This document shows positions 52,046-64,000 of a DNA stretch of 64,000 bases, piece after piece; within the stretch, counting starts at the first letter, position 1; each line of letters starts with the position of its first letter. Under the pieces are notes generated by a model. The model was given only the letters and a program-made list of their open reading frames with translations. It was not told the origin of the DNA and did no database searches. The position numbers were made by a program, and so were the translations under genes. The stretch covers positions 1,817 through 65,816 of the forward strand of contig NW_014577068.1 in assembly GCF_000485595.1 (NCBI RefSeq), given 5' to 3'. Source of the DNA: Priapulus caudatus. Its lineage: Eukaryota.

Positions 52046-55000
52046 CATGATGACTATCTGATGACGTCTGTACTACAGTGAGCATTAGTATAGCATAACA
52101 ATAGTATCGAGGACGTTGCGCTTCAATGGCCACTGCTGCGATTTGTTGCCGAACATAGCATTCGGCCAAATTATCATACAATGTATCATGATATGCTTAT
52201 AACATGTTTAAGTTATAGTTTACAACCCAAAAATGATATATAATAAGTGTATATATGCAATAAAAACATAATATAGATATTACATATAACATATATATAA
52301 TATATGATACTATATATATATATATAGTATATATATTATAGTATATATATATAAAAGTTATCATTACAATGCATATGTTACATTCCAAGCTTTATGTCTA
52401 ACAACCCTCAAAAATGGTATATTAATGGTGTATAAATAAAACATATATTTAATAAGCCTACTAATTATATACATACTATATCAGTTATCATACAATGCAT
52501 ATGTAGTGCATCTGGTAAAGTTTTGAGATACAACTCAAAGATGCTTGGGTCTAAAAGCGGCAAAAAAACCTCCAACATTTAATGTATAACATATATTATA
52601 ATTATATATATAACAGGCATTGACTTCGTGGTGAAGTTACGTGAGTCCTCTCATTAATGGTTATATATTAGCTTATGTGCGCGCGAGTGTACAGTAAAAG
52701 CGGCATGTGGATTCATGTGAATATGTTACGAAGCTGTTCGCTTCTATGCACGTGTAGCGCGAGTGTATGATGAACAGGACACTTCCTGTAGAAGTGCGTA
52801 TCGCCATGTATATGATGTCCACAGTAAGGCACGTGCGCTGGGCGTAATGAGCTGATGTCGATATTTCTTAGAACAGATGACTCGTAGCGCATGTTTAGTA
52901 GCAGGCATGTACCATAGATTGAGGTATATGTGGTGTGCACGCACACGTGCGTGCGTTTTGACGTTGAGAGAGCCTAGAGGTGCGCTATGATTAGTGTCGT
53001 TTGAGCCTCGTCTTGATGTAGTATGGTGGTGTGCGTACGCCTTCGTTATCGTACAGATCATCCGTATCCCCCACACTCCCACCTGCCTGTGCTCCCGTGC
53101 AGGCAGCGTGCGCACTCGCCGTGCTCTGTGCGCTGTGAGTGCTATGGTAAACTTCGTCTAACCATTCATCACAATGTGAACTTCTGTTATCATTCTAGCT
53201 GCCTGCCAGTCCGGTGTTTGAATAACTTCACGCCACGTTCCCGGCCTTAACTGACTCACATGTTTAATAAACATGTGAAACATCGCTATTGCGATCAGAA
53301 TCATGAAGAACTGCTCGTCAATCACTGCAGGCGAAACGCCAAAGCAAATACAACGGATGGCAATATACCAGATCTGTGTTACACACACGCAGCTAGGCCT
53401 GCATAGCTCCCCAATCATTGCCGTTGATACAAGATCACGTATTCTCAAACTCCTGTTTAGTATGGTGATTGTGACCCTAACCCTTAACCCTAGTAAACAA
53501 AAAAATACTTTTGTTGTTATTAAATTGTTGTAAATAAATCCATGTAATATTGGATAAACATTAGAAAAATAAGAAGACCAGGGAAAATAAATGAAAAAAC
53601 AATGGGGGATACTCCCAAAAAACGAACATTTCGGTTCGGTGGTCGTGGTTGCCGTGACGGATGCGGGTTACACGCACGCACCACGTGGCCTGCCCGAGGT
53701 CGATCGCCTACTGCTCCTAGGCCGTGTGTGGTGTTAATGGAGGGGATGCGGCGGGGTGCAAGAGCGTTGACAGCCACTGTGGGCGGTCATTGGGAGGGAA
53801 GGTATTCGAGGCGAACGAGAGGCGATGGCAGGGAGAGAGGCGCGGTGATTGTATCAACCAATCAGAATTTTGGCAGCGAGAGAGGAGACAGGCACGTCAG
53901 CGAGGTGAAACAATCGGTGTAGAAGTGGGCATGTGGGTGGGTTAACCAGCTTAAGTGTTTCATTGGGATGGCAGCGCGGATTCATGTGACGGCGTCTAAC
54001 TGTGTAACACTTTTTAACGGCGCTTTTTCCGGTGGAGGAGCGAGGGATCGTGATTAATAGATACCAGAAAAGAATAGGAGGATGAAGAAGAAGAAGTACG
54101 CAAAACGGTGCTAAGCGATGCGGAAGAGGAGGGGTCGAAGGTGGAGGAAGTGGAGGGAGTGACCAGAAAAAAAAGAAAGAGAGAGATGACGAAGAAAAGA
54201 GTGAGAAGAGAGAGAAGGAGTCACACGAGATGATGATCAAGTCAAAAGATCAACATGGTATGGACCGAGAATGTGGAAAGAGTATATAAAACGAGAATTC
54301 CCAGTGAATTCCCCAGTATGGTAATCCGCGCCCGTTTGTTATTTAACATTGCCAAGTATGGGGAGCGTGCCGCTTGCATATATGAACTCAAACTTCCGGT
54401 TTGCAACGAAGAGGACAGGGCGTTCCGGGGAGGAAGCGGTGAGAGCAACAAGGAGCGGAGGAGCAGAGGTAGGTCATTTTTTACTCCGAGTAGAGTCATA
54501 TCAAGAACAATAGGCCACGATGCATAAAGAGAGGCGAGCGAGGGGCGCGTACGCCAGTTGGAGATTGATGGACAAGAGTCAGAGCAGTGCAAAGGCTCAG
54601 ACGTGATAGTTTGTAAGGTTGGAGCTCGGCAGAATGTCACTGAGGAAAGATGTAGAGGGCCAGGACCGCCGGACCAAGTAAGAGCCCGGTAACAGGATGC
54701 TCAGAGACACGGTGAGCCGTACATCCTGAACCCTAACCCTAACTCTAACCCTAACCGCAAATCCTATTTTAATAATATATAATAACAAAGTCTAATGTGT
54801 AGTTTGATTCTGTGTTGTAAGTGAAAGATGTACATCATGTTGTTATCTTAAAAGTGGTATTGTTAAACTATAATCATGTCAAATGCGTTAATTGGAGAAA
54901 AAAATGTTCAAGCGAATACAAAGATACGGAACATACAGAAAACAGGAAAACTAATTAGAAAACGATAGCGTGTTCGCGATGCCACGCCGACCTTCATATT

Positions 55001-57399
55001 GACGCTGGCGCTCTAACCGCTACCCTATGAAGACTATTATTGGTTTAGGATTTGAATGTGCTATGTATATGAAAATACTGTGACGTCATTGAGTGACGAA
55101 ACAAGCTCAATCCAATAGCAGCACGCTCCATACAGCCCTATGTTCTTGATTGACCTAGGAAAAAAAATCACCGCGTCCGGGGTCGGCGAAATTTTTTTCC
55201 CCAACAGGTTTACCTATTTACAGTAAATGAGTAGTAAAATTACGTTTAACCCTAAACCCTAAACTACCCTAACCCTAATTAAATTTAATTAACACTAATA
55301 AATGAAATTAACACGCCTGCCGCACATGTGAACACGCCTGCCTTTGAACCAATCAGGAGGCAGGATTTTACTGTAATAGGTAAACCTGTTTGGGAAAAAA
55401 TATTTCTCGTCCGGGCCCACTAGTCCAAACTGCATGCAGTGCCCCTTCCCACACTCAGGATAATACCACTGCCACAATGCTAGCACTATTTTTAAAGTGG
55501 GCGGAGCTCCGGGGAAATCCAGCAAATGGCAATCCAACAGCTGCGAAGTCGCCGTCGAACAAAACATTCGAAATTTCTATGATTTGCATGTTTGTTGGTG
55601 GACAAATTTAGATGTTTTAAGTTGAATACGCACAAGTATCAAAAGACAATGTTGTGAGAATTAGGTATATGGCAATCATTCCAAAAATTCATGATAAATA
55701 CATGAACTTAGTTTAGTAAACAGCGCGTAATGATTTGAAAGTAGTAAATGGGCGCACTATTTCGTATCACTATTTATCAAATTTCTCATAAAATAATGGT
55801 TGGATTTTTAATATCTTTGCAGCTTTTATAAGTACACACCGTATTACATAGGACAGGAGTAACGGGGTCGCTGTAAAACTTATGTAAAAAAAGCGTAAGA
55901 AATTCTTACGGAAATCAGCTTGTGGCAGTGGTAGAATTGAGCCAGAGCGAGAGCGCCATCTGTCGTCGGAGTTTGCCACTAGTCGAGAACAGACGAACAG
56001 AGAAACTTCCACAAATACGTTTAGCGTAAACACTATAATTATCAGGGACATCGACATTAAATAATATATTACAGCCTGTACCAAATCAATACGAAAATTA
56101 GTATAAGCAGGGTGTGTAATGACAGATATGTCTCGGGCGCGAAAATTTTTTTTCCACGAAAGTTTCGGACCACAGCCAATCAGCGCACTCCATTCACTCG
56201 ACTTCCTCGAAGCAACAATGTAAAATGAATACCCCCCATCTCTAACCCTAACACTAACTACTTATACTATAACTATAGACCCAACCACGCACGCACGTGT
56301 ACGTGCACACGCACGCACGCACGCATGCACGCTCGTGTACGTGCCCACGCACGCACGTGTACGTGCACACGCACGCACGCACGCATGCACGCTCGTGTAC
56401 GTGCCCACGCACGCACGTGTACGTGCACACGCACGCACGCACGCACGTGTAAGTTTACACGCACGCACGCACGCATACACACACGCACGCACGCACGTGT
56501 ACGTGCACACGCACGCACGCACGTGTAAGTTTACACGCACGCACGCACGCACACACGCAAGCATGCACGCACGTGTACGTGCACACGCACGCACGCATGT
56601 GTACGTGCACACGCACGCACGCAGCACGCGCGTGTACGTGCACTACATAAACAGTGCTTTATATCAGAACATTTGGTCATTCATCTGTAAATGTCAAGCA
56701 GCACGCTTCGCTTCTGCCAACCACAAAACATAACAAATACACGTGACCTGATCTATGACGTCACGTGAAACATCGCTATTAGACCTGCGCGATGACGTGT
56801 GCATATGTTTGCTAGTGAATTAGACCCGCTAAAATTCGAGACTGTTCGCTGGCAGCAATTGATCCGTGCGCCGGCCTTTCGATTTGGTGCACGGATCAAT
56901 AGCTGCCAGCGCGTGATACTTTTGTAGGACGTTCCCGCGGTCGCGTGCGCCTTGCTGCGGAACTGCGCGCAAGATCTGCGCTTAGCGGGCAGGATTAACA
57001 CCTCTCAGGCGACGCTTCTCTGGTATCCGGTCTCTCGTCTGGATAGACATGCAGCGAACTGCATCCTACCAGTCTATGTTTACGTTAGTGCACGTACTGC
57101 TCCCGATGCCCTTAATTGTCACAAGCTCGATATACATACATGCAGCAAACTGTCGATGTCCCAGGCAACACCTGGCAGGGTTCAAACAAAAAGACATTAC
57201 CTAACTGCCGATGTGAGGGGGGAGCCAATGTGTATATCAGTGTTATCACTGACGAATTAACCATGCACGGGCACCGCACCGTCTGTGACACGGCCTTTGC
57301 CAGGCTTCGTTAACGAGTGCAAATGCTTATAGTGGACTCTACTAGTACTGTTCATCAAGGCGCAGCGGACTGGGAAATAAGAGACAACTGCTTGAAATA

Positions 57400-57718
57400 G
57401 ACTATATATACTGCGGCGGTTCGTACATGCCACCCTGAGGAGGAACACTTTCTGTCACCTAGTCATTTCTTTGAATCCGTGCGCTGGCTTTCATTATGGC
57501 GCACGGATCCACCATGTTATCTTTTCTTTTCTCTTTGCCGCGCGCACTTTTCTTCTATGCGCGGCCAGTACTCCATATTTGGCCATCTTCCATATCATTT
57601 CAGTTACACTTGCATCACTTCCACTGGATACAGAGTGTGCAAGACTATAGCACTATAGACTATAGAGTGTGATAGATAGATAGATGGATAGATAGATAGA
57701 TAGATTGATTGATTGATG

Positions 57719-57765
<47 letters not shown>

Positions 57766-57899
57766 TAGATAAGATAGAATAGATAGAACTAGATAGACTA
57801 GATAGATAGATGAGATAGATAGTAGATAGATAGAATAGATAGATCAGATAGATATAGATTATAGATATAGATACATACATAAATACATACATACATACA

Positions 57900-57930
<31 letters not shown>

Positions 57931-58480
57931 ACATACATACATGACCATACAACAGTACTACAATACGTACGTACGTACGTACGTAGTTACGTAACGTAAC
58001 GTACGTAGCGTACGTAACGTACGTATCCGTATGTAGGTAGGTAGGTAATAGGTAGGTAGGTACGGTATGTAGGTTAGTACAACGCTAGGTAAGGTAGGTA
58101 AGGTAGGTAGGTTAAGGTAGCGTAGGTAGGTCAGGTCGGTAAGGTAGGTTAGGTTAGGTAGGTAGGTAGGTAGGTAGGTAGGTAGCCTAGGTAGGTAGGT
58201 AGGTAGGTAGGTAGGTAGGTAGGGTAGGTTAGGTAGTAGGTAGGTAGTAAGGTAGTAGGTAGGTAAGGTAGGTAGGTAGGTAGGTAGGTAGTAAGGTAGG
58301 TAGGTAGGTAGGTAGGTAGTAGTAGGTAGGTAGGTAGGTAGGTAGGTAGGTAGGTAGGTAGGTAGGTTAGATAGATAGATAGAAGAATAGATTCTTTTCT
58401 TTGGGAATTTTTCTTTCAACCAAGTGGTCACCAACTGAGCGCTTTATTTCCCGGGCAACGCCGGGTGTCCTAGCTGCTAG
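57400..58480 (+). mobile_element. Helitron-like non-autonomous element carrying a compound (GATA)(CATA)(CGTA)(GGTA) microsatellite; 5' boundary approximate
   Basis: 3' hairpin CCCGGGCAACGCCGGG (58450-58465), followed 11 bp later by CTAG|T, the canonical Helitron 3' end. Confidence 0.6.
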
Positions 58481-58767
58481 TATTACATATATGACACGCT
58501 CATAAAATAAACTAATACCTCCACACTAGTTATCGGAGTATTTTCACAGTCTTTCGAAGCTATGAAAACAGAGTTATATTTCTCACTGTGTTCATCATTA
58601 TTATCTTGCACTAAACTCAAATCAATTATTGCCAGGATCTCAAATGGTTTTAAGGTTTTAACCTATATTTCTGTTTAATTTCGTTGCGACATTGACACAT
58701 CTTAATCACATACCATGAATTCCTTCCGTAAGCAAATGATTCTAGAACGATATCAATTCTGACAGCA

Positions 58768-59070
58768 ATTATTTACAAGACAAGTCCCTGCTCTTGCTAC
58801 GATTAAGATGTGAATAAGGTCATAGCCACGAAAGCAGCTCATCGTGTGGCAAACCTGAATCGACAGATGTTCAGCACGCGCACAAGGATTTGGTTCTTTA
58901 TATTAAGACGTTTATCATCACGAATCGCGTATTGCCATATTTGCCATATTGACAAAGCAGCTGGGTTGTTTCTGTGGGAATAAGCTCATGGTCGATGAGC
59001 CATAGTATAAAAATCCGTGCAGCTCCAGTTTACTTCATTCCTGATCAGCCACTGGAAGAGTAGCTGCAAG
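58768..59070 (+). promoter_or_regulatory. Trypsin-2 promoter and 5' UTR with TATA box (TATAAAA at 59007)
   Basis: GTATAAAAATCCGTGCA and upstream blocks are shared with 21415-21700. Confidence 0.7.
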
Positions 59071-62000
59071 ATGACGCTTCTAATCGCCTTCGCTTTGGTT
59101 TGTGTTGCCGCTGCAGATCTGCAGGGAGGTACGTATGCAATATGATTCTATTTAACTTGTCTGTGAGTCGTTCCGTGTTGTCTGTGAGTAAAATTCCGTG
59201 ATATTAACGTTGTCTATGCACCGTCCGTGCATGACTATACACCGGCTTCTGCCAGGTAAGGTGAAATACTCTATTTTACGGTTATTTTTTGCGTAGATAT
59301 TAATTTCGCTTGATTTCATGCATGAATGATACTTACCGTATGAATAATTGAAAAATACTAGTATGATAAAATTAGTTGCTATAATTTATCGTAACCATTA
59401 CGCAAACTAAATTATAGCAAAACCAAAATCTATAATATAAGAAACATGTTGCCTACCTGCCTGCCTGCTTGCGCGCGCGCGCGTGTGTACATGAATTGAT
59501 ATTAACATAAAAACATTTGTACTATGTTTTAAGGTCTTAATCCTGGCAGACCGAGATGGCCACGCTTACCCGAAGGTGCGTTCGATCAATTTCCCAATAG
59601 TTACTATATATATAAAAAATTTATTTCACTGGCAGACACGATTAGCGTGGTTGCGCCTACTGACTCCTATACATTGTAGAATTTTTTTCTGCGTTAAACC
59701 TGTCGATAACATCAGAAGTGAATGGAAACAAAATTGTTTTTATTCACGCCTGATAATATACTGATCATAATAATTTCGCCATGGTTCAACAACATAGCTT
59801 AATTACCATCGTTCGCAGACCACTCAGGTGCGTAAAATGAAAGACACCATACTACATTTGCAGGTGTCAAACCTATGGATGATTCTAAAATTGTCGGCGG
59901 AGCAACGACCACCATCGATAAGTTTCCCTACCAGGTAAATGAGCAATACGAAAAAAGCTTATCGTGTTCATGTTCCGCCGAGAGATGGAAGAGAGAGATG
60001 GTAGGGAGATAAGGCAGAAACAAAGAATACTTGATGATCTCAACGGCAGACATTCGAAACTGCCTCGACTTGATTTATTTACAAAATTCACGCGATTTGT
60101 TCAAATGCGTGACAGGAAACTCTTCCCATAGTCCACACTTTGTACATTCTGGTATGGGCTTGCTTATAATAAAACGCTATACAACCATATTTACCATATA
60201 CCGTATACCATGAATATATAAGTATATTTTAATTTTAATCCACTTGAACTGTTTACAAAGCTCCATATTGTAACATATACTGCAAATATGCTAATTGTAT
60301 AGATTTCATGCAAATTAGGCTCTTGTTTATGATATTCTGAAATCTAATTTAACGTAAAAGGTAAACATTCTTTACAAAATAACATATAAATCTGAAATAT
60401 AAATTAGAGACGATCACCAATATTTTCTTGACCCAAACGATAAATTTTGCGCAATAAACATTAGCAGCTCTGTCAAAGGCGTTACCTAGAGGTACGTACA
60501 TTCGATTTAATAGACTCAATTCCAAATTTTGTTTACGACATTTAATATTGTGTTTGCCTCCAGGTTGCCATGTACAAGGATGGTAATTTCATCTGCGGTG
60601 GTGAACTGATCCGTACCAATGTGGTACTCACGGCCGCTCATTGCGTTCATAGGTAATATATATATATATATATATATATAATTATATCTATATAGTATTA
60701 CTGTAACGGCCGCGCGTAATTTCACGTATCTCTTCCGAAACCGCCGTAAGGAATGTCACATTTTTCTCTTACCGGGGGGTTTCCAATGTCGCGAAGATGA
60801 TGCGCTATATCACTAGGCTTTATTTTGCATGACAATTAATTCTCTGATGATGAGAGTGCATAATTTTGTCTCCAGTTGTTGTCATTTTTGCGCAATTTAA
60901 CCTGCATCTGGAAATCTGAACTTTATATCTATATCTATATCTATATATATATATTATGTATATATATATATGTATATATATATATGTATATATTATCTGT
61001 GACTTAGGATCATTTTATAAGTTAACTGACAAGTGTTACAATTTAGTCTTTCAAGTTTACATAGTATACAATTGGTGAGAAATGGATTTTGAAACGTACC
61101 TTGATACGTGGTAGCATTTAAAAAAGCACAAATAAAACTATTAATTGTCTAAGTAAATCATTAAAGCTAACATAGCGTCATAGGTGTTCGCTGAAACTCT
61201 GCATCGCACCTGAACCCAATTGCACCACACCCCGTAATGTCGACCCAGGCCTCTTGTTGAAAAAATTTCATTGACTTGCTACGTTTTGTCTTGCTCCTTT
61301 GTTTCATATCCACGATGTTTCGACAGAATGCGTGTGTAAATTACAGGTATGAGAACTCACCAAGCAGATTTGAAATCAGAGTCGGCTCGACAACGTATTC
61401 TGGAGGAACTAGACACAGGGTCAATAATTATTCAGTTTCATATTACATCTTTTTTTGCTTAACTTGCTATCGGTGTGTGCCGTCGATTAACTAGACTATA
61501 GCACCAAGACTATTATCCCTAAAAAATCGATATGGTATCAAACTGGCGCGCGCCCAGCGTAGCGTACATACACAAATCTTTGAAGCGGGTTAAGTTGGCA
61601 CTGATTGATTGTTCATGCACAGTTTAGCTTGTTACGTCACTCGACAGACAGCTATTGTACTTTTATGTGATCTAAATAAAGTTATGCACATGCGTATTGC
61701 AAAATCTGACGCGCGCCTGGCCCCACATTGCGTACAGACATGTTCAAAGCGGGCTAACTTGGAGCGTACAAAATTAGCTCTCTTCGAAGCGGGCCTGTCC
61801 CTCCTTCATTTGCGAAGCCAAATTGGTGCAGGCCAGCGCGTATTCGGAGCGGGATAGCGTGTACACACTGAACAAAATTGACGCGCGCTTGGCGCGCACC
61901 AGTTTAATACCATATCAAATTTGTAGTCTGTACGGGGTATATAGACGCCGAGACTACAGCGCAAACTGTTCGACCGTAGGCCGTTCAATGCGGAATGATG

Positions 62001-63247
62001 TTATACATTTCTCTGTTTTTGGTCGTCTAAGTACCAATAATTATCACTTAAAACTTTACAGGTATCGCGCGTGAACAAGCACAGCTCGTATAACTCATAC
62101 ACAACTGATTACGACGTGGCCACGATGATACTAAGCAGTAGTGTGTCAATAAATACGTATACCCAGTTAGTTACGATGGCGTCCGGCGGTTCAAGTTACA
62201 GTGGATATACGGGAACGGTCAGTGGCTGGGGAACCACTAGTGAAGGTAGGTTTATAAACACTCATGTAATGACTGTGGTCGGGTTGTGAACGCACGATAA
62301 GGATGAACTAGTAATATTTTCGGTAATGTTAGTTAAGATATGAGCTATCCATCCTTACGACGTTTCTTATTATTAAAGGAGTGGATTAATGTTAATGGTT
62401 TAAAGTTCGATAGCTCTTTTCTCGGATTCTTTGTTCCATCAAACTATTATAATAGGTTTGCAACCTTGATTTACGGTAAACAGATCTGATCTGTAATTAT
62501 TATATGCATAATGCGTTAATAATTACATACGTTTATATAACTGTACGTGTATTTATGCTGTCAGATGGAAATATCTCCAGGAATCTTAGGTATGTTAACG
62601 TAGCAATAATGTCCAACGTGCAATGCGCCGATGTACTCGGTTCAGGCGTCATCACCAACCGCATGATGTGTGCTGGTTATCCCGACGGTGGAAAGGACGC
62701 CTGTCAGGTAGGTTTTCGCTGTAGTCAGGCAGCTTTCATATAAAGGCAGTTCATACGCTCATCTAAATAACTCGTGTAAACTGCTTACTTAACTCATTAA
62801 CAGATCAAACTCGGTGTGCATGACTAAGTAACAGTATCTTTTTGCTCTCGTTCAGTCGTACCGTGCCTTATTTTATAGAATCGTATTTTATCAATCTCCT
62901 TAGAGACATATCTGGGTATCATCAAATACTCGTATATTTACACTCAGCTAGGTCTATATTGCACACGCTGTCACGTTTACATGTAGGGCCTAATACGTCA
63001 GTTATAAGTATATATAATGTCCATCCGCAATGAGTGATTTAAGAGGTCGTTATTTATGTTATTATTTCACGCGTATTCAAAGGGTGACTCCGGCGGACCA
63101 CTGGTCATCAACCATTCCATGAGTAACCCCAGCAACTCAGTCCTGGTTGGTATAGTCTCCTGGGGTTACGGTTGCGCAAGGCCGCAGTCTCCTGGCATTT
63201 ATTCCCGCGTCACGGTGCTCAGAGGTTGGATCGACGCCTACTCGTAA
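59071..63247 (+). CDS. Trypsinogen, paralog 2, complete, 274 aa. Exons 59071-59128, 59534-59575, 59864-59934, 60564-60652, 61347-61419, 62062-62245, 62565-62707, 63083-63247
   Basis: Exons total 825 nt in frame: signal peptide, [11 protein letters not shown]...LTAAHC (His57), DYDVA (Asp102), KDACQGDSGGP (Asp189/Ser195), SWGYGC, PGIYSRV; all introns GT-AG. Confidence 0.95.
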
Positions 63248-64000
63248 TTAACATGAAGTGTGAAGTCGCTACATATAATCTGATTTGGTGCATGCTTACG
63301 TCTAACGATGGAGAAGGTTAAATTTAGGTAGTGAATCGACCGAGGTATGATTAGTGGTGGAGTGGGGCTGCTATATGCTCCCTCACAACTGCAGTGATAA
63401 TTTTTTACGGGTAATGATTTTATTCCATATTATAGTGTGTGGATGAGAGAATACCACTAATGATCATGGTCGCAAAATCGAAGACGAATTCTCGCGGCTA
63501 GTTTAAACAGATTGAAATGTATTATTTTAAAATTAATGTAACGATGAAAGGAATTTCGAATAAAATGGGTAGTTGCCTATAACAAAATAATGGTTTTAAT
63601 GCTGTTTATCTCTCAAAAAGTAATAATGACACGTTATAAATTACTTGTATAACGATATAAGACTTGAAAAATATAGTAATTTTTATACGAGGTGGTTTTC
63701 GTGTGATGCAGGACTGACAGGAATTCTAGTAACCGGAAAAATATACTGCACCACGTATACGATGTTAACCTCAATTGATAACATTTCTCTTCCTCAACTA
63801 CAAATGTACACGAGCCATGCAGAGACATCAATATTACGATTCGTTTTTGGATCATATTCACATTTAAATTCTAATAATATCATGTCATACTTTAATCATT
63901 ATGAGGTCCTTGCCCCCACCCAATTTCCATTTACTGACACGGACGCACGCGCACACGTACACACACGCACACGCACATACGCGTACACGCGCACGCAGAC

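Noticed and set aside
54729..55278. Telomere-like (CCCTAA)n motifs (also near 53475 and 56243)
   Set aside because: Only a few degenerate units embedded in dispersed repeats; not a telomeric array.

Overview
Repeat-rich, intron-containing animal (invertebrate-type) genomic DNA from a draft assembly with N-gaps; most entries in the ORF track are microsatellite artefacts. Host genes: two paralogous trypsinogens on + (21701-26180, whose His57 exon is not visible and probably lies in an N-gap; 59071-63247, complete, 8 exons, 274 aa) and the last two coding exons of a COX8-like gene (15679-15934). The most notable accessory sequence is a ~2.5 kb endogenous flavi-like viral element (3193-5675): an NS5-type methyltransferase plus the RdRp N-terminus up to motif F. 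By eye, its methyltransferase has all four K-D-K-E catalytic residues replaced. Co-oriented relics of a YqaJ/lambda-exonuclease domain, a Harbinger transposase and a hAT transposase follow it. At 33.6-37.2 kb a Kolobok-type module carries an open, spliced gene ending in a P2X7-ballast-like (KolX) Zn-Cys domain, convergent with transposase C-terminal exons. Many MITEs have readable TIRs and TSDs. Two large inverted duplications meet at a 25-N gap (42504-42528) and look like noisy long-read fold-backs, so roughly 37.7-56 kb is unreliable. All homology calls are by-eye motif recognition, not database results.
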